Part shown: piece after piece, positions 56,662-64,000 of the stretch
How the letters are laid out: each line of letters starts with the position of its first letter
How positions within the stretch are numbered: position 1 is the first letter of the stretch
DNA from: a virus
Length of the DNA stretch: 64,000 nt
Reading direction: 5' to 3' (one strand)
Virus record (IMG/VR): IMGVR_UViG_3300042868_012479
Span: 18,524-82,523 of that record
Position numbers and translations under genes: made by a program
Notes under the pieces: model-generated
What the model was told of the DNA's origin: nothing
The model's input: the letters and a program-made list of their open reading frames with translations, nothing else
The model's database searches: none

Positions 56662-57045
56662 TCAGAACGGAGCGGGTTCCTCGTTCTGGTAGGTGTACGC
56701 CTTGCGCGCCATCGTCCGCATCTTGCGGATGGTGCGCTCATAGCGCGTGCTGCTCTGCTGGTAGCAAGAGGCCACCCACTCGGTCAGTTCGGCGTCGGTC
56801 GTCCACTCCCAGAAGTCGAGAGGAAGGACGCCGAGGAGCGGGGCGGCGTCGCCACCCTGCCAGAGGTGAACCTCGTTCACAGGCGCAGCCATCCCGTAGA
56901 GGATGGCCTCATAGCGGATGACCTCGCCGTTGCCCGAATCCCGGCGAACGACCACCGACCGCTGCCAGAGCGAACCGCTGCGCTCGCCTTCCTGCTCATC
57001 TCCGAGAACTACCGAAAGGGTAGCCTTCTCATTACTCTTGGCCAT
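56662..57045 (-). CDS. Hypothetical cassette protein
   Basis: SD GAGGAGG before ATG 57045; own promoter and terminator. Confidence 0.75.
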   Translation of the reverse strand: MAKSNEKATLSVVLGDEQEGERSGSLWQRSVVVRRDSGNGEVIRYEAILYGMAAPVNEVHLWQGGDAAPLLGVLPLDFWEWTTDAELTEWVASCYQQSSTRYERTIRKMRTMARKAYTYQNEEPAPF

Positions 57046-57491
57046 TGTTGGCCTCCTCTGTGCTTGGCGACGGAACACGGCCGCCGCTAGGTGAAGATTA
57101 CCGGAGCGCAGGCAACAACGCAAATACGACGCACCAGGCACAACAGCGAAGGCGAAGCGCAGACCATACCTATCGAATCGAGTGGATGTATGTATATATA
57201 GATGAACAAAGAATAGAAGGGGTATGGGGGGGAATATGTTTGGAGTAATAGCCCATGGAAAAAACCTGCGAGCTGGAATCGTGGGGGTATGGGGGATTGC
57301 CCGAGTCTCGACATAGCTGGGTGAACGAACATCGGTGCGGCCGGTGGCGGTCATCGGCGTTGCAGCTGTGAAAGGGGGTATGGGGGGGAGCGGTCAGCGT
57401 CTAATAGGGGCATGAAAAATCGAGACGGGGGCAACAAGAAGCCCCCACCCCGAAAGGTGAGGGCTTCGTTGCGGCCGGTAGCGGTCAGCGG

Positions 57492-57821
57492 CTAGTCGTC
57501 TAGGCTCTCCCCGAACTCGTAGCCGCAGGGCTCGCAGTAGTCGCCCGACCAGCCAGCCATCGCGTCGCACTTGGGGCAAACGCCCGAGGTGCTCATCTCG
57601 GTACAATCGACCCACGCCGAACGCTCGTCATCGAGCAGGAACTCTCGGGCATCGTCGGCGGTGTCGGCGTTGTACGCCGCCAACTCCGAAGCCAACTCGA
57701 TGAGGGCTGCCGTTGCCTCTGACCGGCCAGCGTGCCACGAGCGGTGCGTCTCGTTCTCCCAGACCACCTCGACCAGCCAGAGCACCTTCTCTTGTGCCGG
57801 AGTTTCTACCTTGTCTGCCAT
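57492..57821 (-). CDS. Acidic protein with C-terminal Zn ribbon
   Basis: CPKC..CEPC; D/E-rich; SD GAGGAG. Confidence 0.8.
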   Translation of the reverse strand: MADKVETPAQEKVLWLVEVVWENETHRSWHAGRSEATAALIELASELAAYNADTADDAREFLLDDERSAWVDCTEMSTSGVCPKCDAMAGWSGDYCEPCGYEFGESLDD

Positions 57822-58186
57822 CTTGGTTCTCCTCTCTGTGCCACCAGCAACTGCTGGCTATGCCATCTTACACGGCCGGACAGGGGCAACGCAAGTCCAG
57901 CGAACGAAGCCCCAGCGAGTTGCCCAAGTCTCGACATCGCTGCCCGCGCCCAGGAATCGTGTGTGTAGAGCTGCGCGTAATAGGTATCCCTAATAGATAA
58001 CCGAATGAATAGGAGACGGGGGTATGGGGGGGAATGTTAGTCCAGTAATAGCCCACGGAAAAAACGCTGACCACTACCGGTGTGGGGGTATGGGGGAAAC
58101 TCGAGCCACGGACAATGAGCGCGCATAAAGAAACCACCCCCACCCCGAAGGGTGAGGGTGGCCTCGTTGCCTCTTACCGGTGTAGG

Positions 58187-58543
58187 CTACCCCTCGAAGT
58201 GTGTTGGCCAGACCTTTCGTGGCTCCTCTACGGCTACGACGAAGGCCAACGGCTTTCCGTCCGCCTCAACCCACGAGCCGTTCAGCCCATCAACGCTGGC
58301 CTCGGTCATCACCTCAACAGCCCAAGCAGGAGCGGCTTCCTCGGAGTCGGACTCGGGGCCGAACTCACGAACCGAGTCAATCTCAAGCACCGCGCCGATG
58401 GCCTGAATCATACCTCGAACCGTGGGCATCACATCACCGAAGGCCTCGGCCTCGGTTTCGTCATACGACCACCCACTCGCCAGATTGACCCGCTGACCGC
58501 TACCGGTGTCGGGCTTTGGTACGAAAACCAAGAAACGCCACAT
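58187..58543 (-). CDS. Acidic hypothetical cassette protein
   Basis: SD GAGGGG; own promoter and terminator. Confidence 0.75.
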   Translation of the reverse strand: MWRFLVFVPKPDTGSGQRVNLASGWSYDETEAEAFGDVMPTVRGMIQAIGAVLEIDSVREFGPESDSEEAAPAWAVEVMTEASVDGLNGSWVEADGKPLAFVVAVEEPRKVWPTHFEG

Positions 58544-58933
58544 AGCGTTCCCCCTCTCTGTGCTACTCGGCGAAGCAGGGCCGCCGAGGAGTCAAGTATC
58601 CCACCACGCAGGGGGCAAGTCAAATCCGCTGCCCGTGCCGCAAGGTGAGGCCAATCACGGGTGCTGACCGCTCATCAACATAAGCCATTCACTCGTGTAG
58701 CTGCGTATGTAGAGAGGAATGAAAAATGAACTAATGAATGAAAGGGGGTATGGGGGAATGAATGCCGGCCTAATAGCAGCCGGAAAAAATCGTGGGGGGT
58801 ATGGGGGGAATCCGGCAGGCCTAATAAGAGCACGAGAAAATCGAACGCCGGTCAACAGCTTTACACGGGCAATGAGAAGCCCCGCCGCCGGCACAGCACC
58901 GACGACGGGGCGACCGGCCGAGGCCGGCGACGA

Positions 58934-59401
58934 CTAGCAGCCCTGCTGCCGGTTGGCCTGCTCCTCTCCGGCAATCAGCCACGACACGAGCCGGGTGAGG
59001 TTGATGGTGCGGTGGCAATGGAACGGCCGTCGCTTGACGCACGCGCTCCCCAACTTGCCGGCGTTAGGGCAGGCCGTCGTATAGCCGTACTCCGTCGGAG
59101 CGGATACCACGATGTCCACGCAAGGCTCGCCCTTCTTGGTCAGGTACACACCGGCAGGGTGAATGTCGCGGTTCACTTGGCCGGCCACCCGGAACTCAAA
59201 GGTAATGCGGCCGGCTTCATCGGTGAACGCCGCGCCGGTCGTCTTGACTCGGCCAAGGGCGCGATGGTCGGCGTGGCGGCCGGCTGCGGCCGTTGCCCTA
59301 TCCTCGAACTCCTTCGGCTTGGTCGGTGCGCTCCACGCCGTCAGGACGACGACTTTGCCGGCACTCTTGGCCGCTGCTGCTAGGGCTTCCGTGTAGTCCA
59401 T
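58934..59401 (-). CDS. SH3/WYL-like Cys/His protein, paralog 2
   Basis: APTEYGYTTACPNAGKLGSACVKRRPFHCHRTINLTRL. Confidence 0.85.
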   Translation of the reverse strand: MDYTEALAAAAKSAGKVVVLTAWSAPTKPKEFEDRATAAAGRHADHRALGRVKTTGAAFTDEAGRITFEFRVAGQVNRDIHPAGVYLTKKGEPCVDIVVSAPTEYGYTTACPNAGKLGSACVKRRPFHCHRTINLTRLVSWLIAGEEQANRQQGC

Positions 59402-59662
59402 ACCGGTTCTCCTCTCTGTGCTGCCGGCTCATCAGACCGGCTGCTGCCATCTTACACCCGCCGGTGGCCACGAGTCAAGCCGGCGCGCTGGCCATTGACC
59501 GGCTCTTGATTGGCCGGCTCCGAACCGAACCGCGCGGGGGTATGGGGGGCTGGCCGGCTCGTGTATAGGGGCGCGAAAAAAACTGGCCGCCGGTATCAAC
59601 GGACAACAGAAAGGCCGCCCCCGAAGGAGCGGCCTCTCGTTGCCCGAGTGTCGATCAGCGGC

Positions 59663-60157
59663 CTAGCCGGTGATGATCGCACCCTTCCGGCGGTTCTCAA
59701 TGCCCAACGCCCAAGCCAGATCTCCGTACGAAGTCCGAGCGTCGGCGAGCATCTGGAGATCCTCTGGACGCTGCTCCCAGAGCGCGACGATGGTACGGCG
59801 TGCCGACTCGGTGAGATCTCCGAAGTCCTCTTCGTCGTAGCCCGTTGAGTAGTGGGCAGCGTCATCTACCAACTCGCGGAACTCTGCCGGATTCATCGCC
59901 AAGACCACCCAACCCTCGTTGGTGCCGTTCGTTGACCGAATCTCGACAGAGACGAAGTCAAGGTCGCGGCTCGTGTGGTCATCCCAGAAGCGACCGGGAA
60001 CCAAGATCGCCTTCGCGGCCTTGCCGAGCGAGCGGCGAGCCGCATTCGCAGCGGCGTGCTCCTCATCAGTGATGGAGAGCAGGACGGCGCGGATGATTGA
60101 CCGCACCTCGATCAGACGCTTCTGGTTGCTCTCGTTGCTGAACGGATTTCCTTCCAT
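59663..60157 (-). CDS. Hypothetical cassette protein
   Basis: VPGRFWDDHTSRDL..ELVDDAAHY; SD AAGGGG. Confidence 0.75.
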   Translation of the reverse strand: MEGNPFSNESNQKRLIEVRSIIRAVLLSITDEEHAAANAARRSLGKAAKAILVPGRFWDDHTSRDLDFVSVEIRSTNGTNEGWVVLAMNPAEFRELVDDAAHYSTGYDEEDFGDLTESARRTIVALWEQRPEDLQMLADARTSYGDLAWALGIENRRKGAIITG

Positions 60158-60493
60158 TGCGAACCCCTTTCGTCAGGGCGGGTCTGTGCCGACAACCCCA
60201 ACACCAAGAGAGTACATCGACACACGGGCAAGGTCAAGTCCGACGCAGAGCCGGTACACCCCCCCCTAGGGGTGGCCTCTGGTCAAGGGGGTATGGGGGA
60301 AATAGCCGGCGGTAATAGGTGGCCTGAAAAAAACAGGGGCAGGGGGTATGGGGGAAATGATCGCGCGAGCAATAGCACCCGGAAAAAACGTTGCCCGTGT
60401 GAAGCTCGGCATTGCCCGTGTGAAGCTCTACAAAGAGAAAGAGGCCGCCCCCCGCACAGATGGGGAGCGGCCTCGTAGAAAACCCGGAGAGGC

Positions 60494-60952
60494 CTAGCGG
60501 TAGTCGCTCGGCATCACAGGCTCGGTGAGCGAGTCAATCCACACCGCACCAATCAGCGGCGTATCCAAGAGCGAAGACTCAACGGCCTCAAAGACCTCGG
60601 CACCGATAGCCGAAGTTTCTCCGCCCATAGCGTCTACGAAGTTGGCGAACTCGACCGGACTATCGGCAAAGGTAGCCGCCTGTGCCGGAGTCATAGTCTT
60701 CCAGTCGCTACCCTCGTAGTACGCCCAGAAGGAGCCGCCGCGCTCGTCGTCAGCCCAACCAATCAGAACCGCAAGAGCGGTGCCGTAGGTAGGTACATAG
60801 GCGATAAGGTCGTCGCCGTCGCCGTAGCGGACATAGACGCGATAGGCCGCGTCAGCCGGGAGCGTCTGGCGGCAAGCCGGGCAGGTTCCCTGCGACTGGT
60901 TGCCGAGGTACTTGCGAACCCACTTCTGCGCCGTAGTTGTGAGGTCTTCCAT
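60494..60952 (-). CDS. Acidic protein with CPAC motif
   Basis: SD GGAAGGAAGGA before ATG 60952. Confidence 0.75.
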   Translation of the reverse strand: MEDLTTTAQKWVRKYLGNQSQGTCPACRQTLPADAAYRVYVRYGDGDDLIAYVPTYGTALAVLIGWADDERGGSFWAYYEGSDWKTMTPAQAATFADSPVEFANFVDAMGGETSAIGAEVFEAVESSLLDTPLIGAVWIDSLTEPVMPSDYR

Positions 60953-61262
60953 CTGTTCCTTCCTTCCTGTGCCTGTGCCGTTGGCAAGTGCCAACACCAG
61001 AAAGGTAGCAGGTCTACGGCGGAAGTCAAGTCGAGGTGCGCCGGTCGCAACCGGTAGGGAAGGCCGCCGGTAGGAAGGGGGGTATGGGGGAACGCGCGCC
61101 CCTGTATAGAGGCGTGAAAAAAACAGGGGGTATGGGGGAATAAATGAACTCCTAATAAGAGCCGGAAAAAACCAAGCTGGACAGGCGAACTAGTCCGGCA
61201 ACAAAGAGAGGCCGCCACTCCCGCACAGATGAGAGCGACGGCCTCGGAGATAACGCGAGCGG

Positions 61263-61718
61263 CTAGCCCTCGACTTGTTCCTCACCCGCGATGACCCACG
61301 ACACGAGGCGCGTGAGGTTCACGCTCCGGTGCGCGTGGAACGGCTTCCGCTTCTCGCAAGCAGTACCGAGCTTCCCCGCGTTCGGACAGGCCGTAGTGTA
61401 TCCGTACTCCGTAGGTGCTCCAATGATGAGCGAGAGCGTAGGCTCGCCCTTCTTGTTCAGCACGATTCCGGTGGCCTCTTGCGTGCGGTCAAGCATACCG
61501 GAAGCCGTGAACAGGAACGATACGCGCCCCCTCTCATCGTAGCGAGCTTCACCGGACACCTTCACGCGACCAATCGCGCGGTGTTCGGCCTGCCGGCCTG
61601 CTGCGCCTTCCTCGCGACGCTCCAATGTTCGCGGCGTTGTCCAATCGCTCCACGCCGTCAGGGTGGTAATCTTACCTGCGGCCTTCGCCGCTGCTGCTAG
61701 TGCTTGCTGTGTGTTCAT
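61263..61718 (-). CDS. SH3/WYL-like Cys/His protein, paralog 3
   Basis: APTEYGYTTACPNAGKLGTACEKRKPFHAHRSVNLTRL. Confidence 0.85.
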   Translation of the reverse strand: MNTQQALAAAAKAAGKITTLTAWSDWTTPRTLERREEGAAGRQAEHRAIGRVKVSGEARYDERGRVSFLFTASGMLDRTQEATGIVLNKKGEPTLSLIIGAPTEYGYTTACPNAGKLGTACEKRKPFHAHRSVNLTRLVSWVIAGEEQVEG

Positions 61719-61792
61719 AGGTTCCTTCCTTCCTACTACGCCGGAAAGCTCCGGTGATTAGATACTACACCCAACCACCGGAGCGCGTCAAA

Positions 61793-62191
61793 TCAGGCCA
61801 CCGACTCGCGGAGTGTGTACCCGCCGGCAACGAGAACGCCGGAAATCTTGTCGGCCTCATCAGCCGTGAAGCTTCGGTGGTCGCTCCCTTGATTCACTAG
61901 TAGAACAGCATGACCAACAAGGCCGCCGCCGAATAGATACGCCGGAGCCGAGTTCGTCGCTTCTGCGAGCAAATCACACGCCGCCAAGTTCATCAGTACC
62001 GGCTGATGGTAGAGGCCTTCCTCATCAACCCAGAGAATCACCGGAACACCCGCAAGCTCGCCGGTGCCGGCAATCTCCACAAGGTCGCACCCAATCGTGC
62101 GGTACATCTCGCCGAGGCCTTCCTCATTATTCCAAGAAATCCGCTCAATCCACGAGCCGGACTCGTCTACCTTTACGACAAATGCGAACAT
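61793..62191 (-). CDS. DUF3846-like protein
   Basis: IGCDLVE..LWVDEEGL..NLAA..LVGHAVL pattern. Confidence 0.75.
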   Translation of the reverse strand: MFAFVVKVDESGSWIERISWNNEEGLGEMYRTIGCDLVEIAGTGELAGVPVILWVDEEGLYHQPVLMNLAACDLLAEATNSAPAYLFGGGLVGHAVLLVNQGSDHRSFTADEADKISGVLVAGGYTLRESVA

Positions 62192-62412
62192 CTGCGCTCT
62201 CCTTCCTTACTCATCGGGAAGCCCCGACACAGAGAGAATACACCCAACCGATAGGCCGCGTCAAATCCGGCAAGTCGAGCTACGGCTACCGGTACGCGAC
62301 CGGCGAGCTGGGGGGTATGGGGGGAGTCGCGCCCGTGATAGAGCGCATGAAAAAACCCCCAGCTGGGATGAGCAGCTGGGGGCGTAGTCCGGTGGAAAGG
62401 ATCACCGGCGTA

Positions 62413-62697
62413 TTATTCGGGGCTGATGAAACGGCCTTCCTCTCCGTTCTCCATCAAGATAAAGTCGGCCAAGCGGCGCGCGATAGTGTCGGCGTTCTCG
62501 TGGCGGCCTAGCACCGGATACCCTGCCGTACAACCGGCGGAGTAGTCGTAGCCGTCATTAGCGCGCTGCCAAAGCGTACCGCCAAAGTTCACGCCATCCG
62601 TACTCATCAAGGCCACCCACGAATCATCCGCTAGGTCAATGCGAAGGTATCCGGCCTCGCTCATCTCGTATAGTTCAGTTCCTTCTAATCCCATCAT
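62413..62697 (-). CDS. Hypothetical acidic protein
   Basis: SD AGGAG; last gene of a three-gene unit. Confidence 0.7.
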   Translation of the reverse strand: MMGLEGTELYEMSEAGYLRIDLADDSWVALMSTDGVNFGGTLWQRANDGYDYSAGCTAGYPVLGRHENADTIARRLADFILMENGEEGRFISPE

Positions 62698-62709
62698 CTC
62701 TCTCCTATC

Positions 62710-62883
62710 TCATCCTGCCGGAGCACAAACGGCATCCGCGCAAGGCCATCCTAGCACTACTGCTACCAATGACGCAAGTACGAGCAGCGCGAACACAAGC
62801 TTCACTCGTTCCATACGACGCTGATGTGCGAACCACGCTTCGGACTCGCGTAGGTACTCGGCCTTCGTAATAAGGCTACGCAT
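62710..62883 (-). CDS. Small membrane protein (57 aa)
   Basis: Read manually: MRSLITKAEYLRESEAWFAHQRRMERVKLVFALLVLASLVAVVLGWPCADAVCAPAG; TAATG coupling. Confidence 0.6.
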   Translation of the reverse strand: MRSLITKAEYLRESEAWFAHQRRMERVKLVFALLVLASLVAVVLGWPCADAVCAPAG

Positions 62884-63122
62884 TATTCGTACTCCTCATC
62901 GCTCAACGGATAGCCGGCCTCATCAAGAACCGCTAGCGCGCACTCGGCAATCGCATTGCGGTAGTCGCCGATGGTCGCCTTATCTCCGGGGTAGAACCCA
63001 CGGAAGTCCACATCAGGCAAGTCGTCAGGGGTCAGGCCACACGCGCCCTCAACCTTGCGAGCTACCGCGACATAGAACTTGCTGAACGGAACCGACAAGA
63101 CCTCGTTTACATCTCTGCTCAT
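62883..63122 (-). CDS. Small acidic protein
   Basis: CGLTPDDLPDVDF; SD AAGGAG. Confidence 0.75.
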   Translation of the reverse strand: MSRDVNEVLSVPFSKFYVAVARKVEGACGLTPDDLPDVDFRGFYPGDKATIGDYRNAIAECALAVLDEAGYPLSDEEYE

Positions 63123-63198
63123 CGTTTACTCCTTCCTTCCTACACCGGCAACTGCCGGCTATGCCAGATTACACCCAACGCTATACAGAAGTCAAATC

Positions 63199-63435
63199 TC
63201 AGGTCGTCTCAATAAACTTAAACTCGGCTTCCTCGGTCGGGTCAAACGCAATAGGCCGACCGGCTGCCACCCAAGCGTCAAGCTCTACGCGCCACTTCCA
63301 CGGACTCTCAATGAGGTCAAGCAACAAGTCGCACCGGTCAGTAGTATTCGCATACTCGGCATAGCCGCCGTGAACCATTGCGCGAGCAAACGCCAACACA
63401 TCAGATTCGTCGTAAGGCCAATCAAATGTTCCCAT
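63199..63435 (-). CDS. Small acidic protein
   Basis: SD GGAAGGA before ATG 63435. Confidence 0.7.
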   Translation of the reverse strand: MGTFDWPYDESDVLAFARAMVHGGYAEYANTTDRCDLLLDLIESPWKWRVELDAWVAAGRPIAFDPTEEAEFKFIETT

Positions 63436-63574
63436 TATCCCTTCCTTCCTGTACGCCAATCTCCTCTAACGATGATACCTGCGCGTCAGCAAAGCACTCG
63501 GCACAGATACGCGATTCGTACTGCCGGTCGTCCTCTACTTCACTCCCGCACCAAGAACAAGCGTTCCTACTCAC
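63422..63574 (-). CDS. Small Zn-finger protein
   Basis: CSWC..CAEC; GTG with SD AAGGAG. Confidence 0.6.
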   Translation of the reverse strand: MSRNACSWCGSEVEDDRQYESRICAECFADAQVSSLEEIGVQEGRDNGNI

Positions 63575-63935
63575 CTGATACTCCTTCCTTATGAGCCGCA
63601 TACTCATCGGCTACCCTACGAGCATACTGCTTGGCTTCCTCAAAGTCAATAAAGACCTCGCCCTCGTCGTTGTCGTGATAGACGACCTCGAACCACGCAT
63701 TATTGTGGAACTCAAGCGTGCCGGCCTTCTCGGCATCAGCGAGCTTCTCGTCGGTATCAAGCCCCTTCGCGTCAAGGTCGTTAGTATACCGGAGAACGCT
63801 CGTGCTGCCGTCTGGCTCGGTAAGGTGAACCCTCATCTCGCCGTTCCGGTAGATGACGATTTCCTTATCATCAGAGAACCACACCGGTTCGCAATCGTGA
63901 TACGGCGTAAAGAAGGCCGCGTCGTTCCTGCTCAT
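63567..63935 (-). CDS. Acidic hypothetical protein
   Basis: NGEMRV..NNAWFEV; TAATG coupling to an upstream ORF truncated by the window. Confidence 0.7.
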   Translation of the reverse strand: MSRNDAAFFTPYHDCEPVWFSDDKEIVIYRNGEMRVHLTEPDGSTSVLRYTNDLDAKGLDTDEKLADAEKAGTLEFHNNAWFEVVYHDNDEGEVFIDFEEAKQYARRVADEYAAHKEGVSGE

Positions 63936-64000
63936 TAGTTCCACCCAACTTCCTGCCACGCGACAAAGCACTCGTCGCACAAATCCACCGACTCCTCATA

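Larger units (their letters stand above)
55598..62356 (+). repeat. 16 dispersed direct copies of GGGGTATGGGGG-N~12-15-TAATAG-N7-AAAAAA
   Basis: G-box starts at ~55598, 56438, 56561, 57219, 57283, 57374, 58018, 58084, 58744, 58794, 59536, 60287, 60342, 61077, 61126, 62310; all intergenic and co-oriented. Confidence 0.92.
55191..62382 (-). terminator. Set of 10 cassette terminators
   Basis: GC hairpins (several with TTCG loops on the minus strand) and U-rich tails at ~55191-55220, 55701-55739, 56603-56641, 57431-57471, 58126-58165, 58876-58912, 59607-59638, 60433-60474, 61203-61245, 62350-62382. Confidence 0.75.
55506..63195 (-). promoter_or_regulatory. Set of 11 sigma70-type cassette promoters
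   Basis: TTGAC(T/G/C) or TTGCGT, N16-18, then TAnnnT (GAnnnT in two) at 55506-55534, 56293-56321, 57095-57123, 57865-57894, 58595-58623, 59449-59478, 60209-60237, 61002-61029, 61762-61791, 62235-62264, 63166-63195. Confidence 0.75.
1..64000. mobile_element. Tailed dsDNA bacteriophage genome segment (siphovirus-like)
   Basis: Terminase, portal, prohead protease, major capsid, head-tail and tail genes, tape measure, lysis, recombination/replication genes and tRNAs; no host housekeeping genes. Confidence 0.97.

Noticed and set aside
55469-58648. Plus-strand ORFs across the cassette array
   Set aside because: They run through repeats and terminators and are Arg/Pro-rich low-complexity; promoter and SD signals all support the minus-strand genes.
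59420-59445. Hammerhead ribozyme (CUGAUGA on the minus strand)
   Set aside because: CUGAUGA is simply the loop of a GCCGG hairpin; no GAAA core or three-stem junction.
55598-62356. CRISPR array interpretation of the G-box repeats
   Set aside because: Spacing is irregular (50 to >1000 bp), the intervals contain whole genes, the repeat is non-palindromic with variable linkers, and there is no cas operon; the Cas4-like nuclease sits in the recombination module.
55180-62400. Integron attC sites
   Set aside because: GCAAC/GTTGC pairs are extensions of terminator stems and do not fit RYYYAAC/GTTRRRY; cassettes have their own promoters; no tyrosine recombinase in the window.
1-64000. Stop-codon reassignment or prophage status
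   Set aside because: Genes are full length in code 11 with all three stops used, there is no suppressor tRNA, and no integrase, att site or host flank is visible in this window.

Overview
The window is most of a tailed dsDNA phage genome (siphovirus-like, standard genetic code). No integrase or DNA polymerase is visible. Left to right: a glycosylation/nucleotide-sugar cluster and a secreted subtilisin (1-6.3 kb); terminase; a plus-strand tail-fibre/membrane block; lysis genes; a minus-strand tail and head operon with a 3824-aa tape measure protein carrying ParB-like and HExxH cargo domains, a -1 frameshifted tail chaperone and two paralogous tail-tube genes; a divergent portal-HAD fusion; a two-subunit nested-gene C5 methyltransferase; recombination/replication genes; three tRNAs with an HNH gene. 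From 55 to 64 kb lies the most unusual region: an array of mostly monocistronic minus-strand cassettes (sigma70-type promoter, SD, small gene, terminator). The cassettes are separated by 16 co-oriented copies of a tripartite motif, GGGGTATGGGGG-N~12-15-TAATAG-N7-AAAAAA, and include three paralogs of an SH3/WYL-like Cys/His protein. Two candidate pseudoknotted structured RNAs (1283-1425, 54248-54351) and many leaderless genes were also seen. Family names come from motifs recognised by eye; no database search was run.
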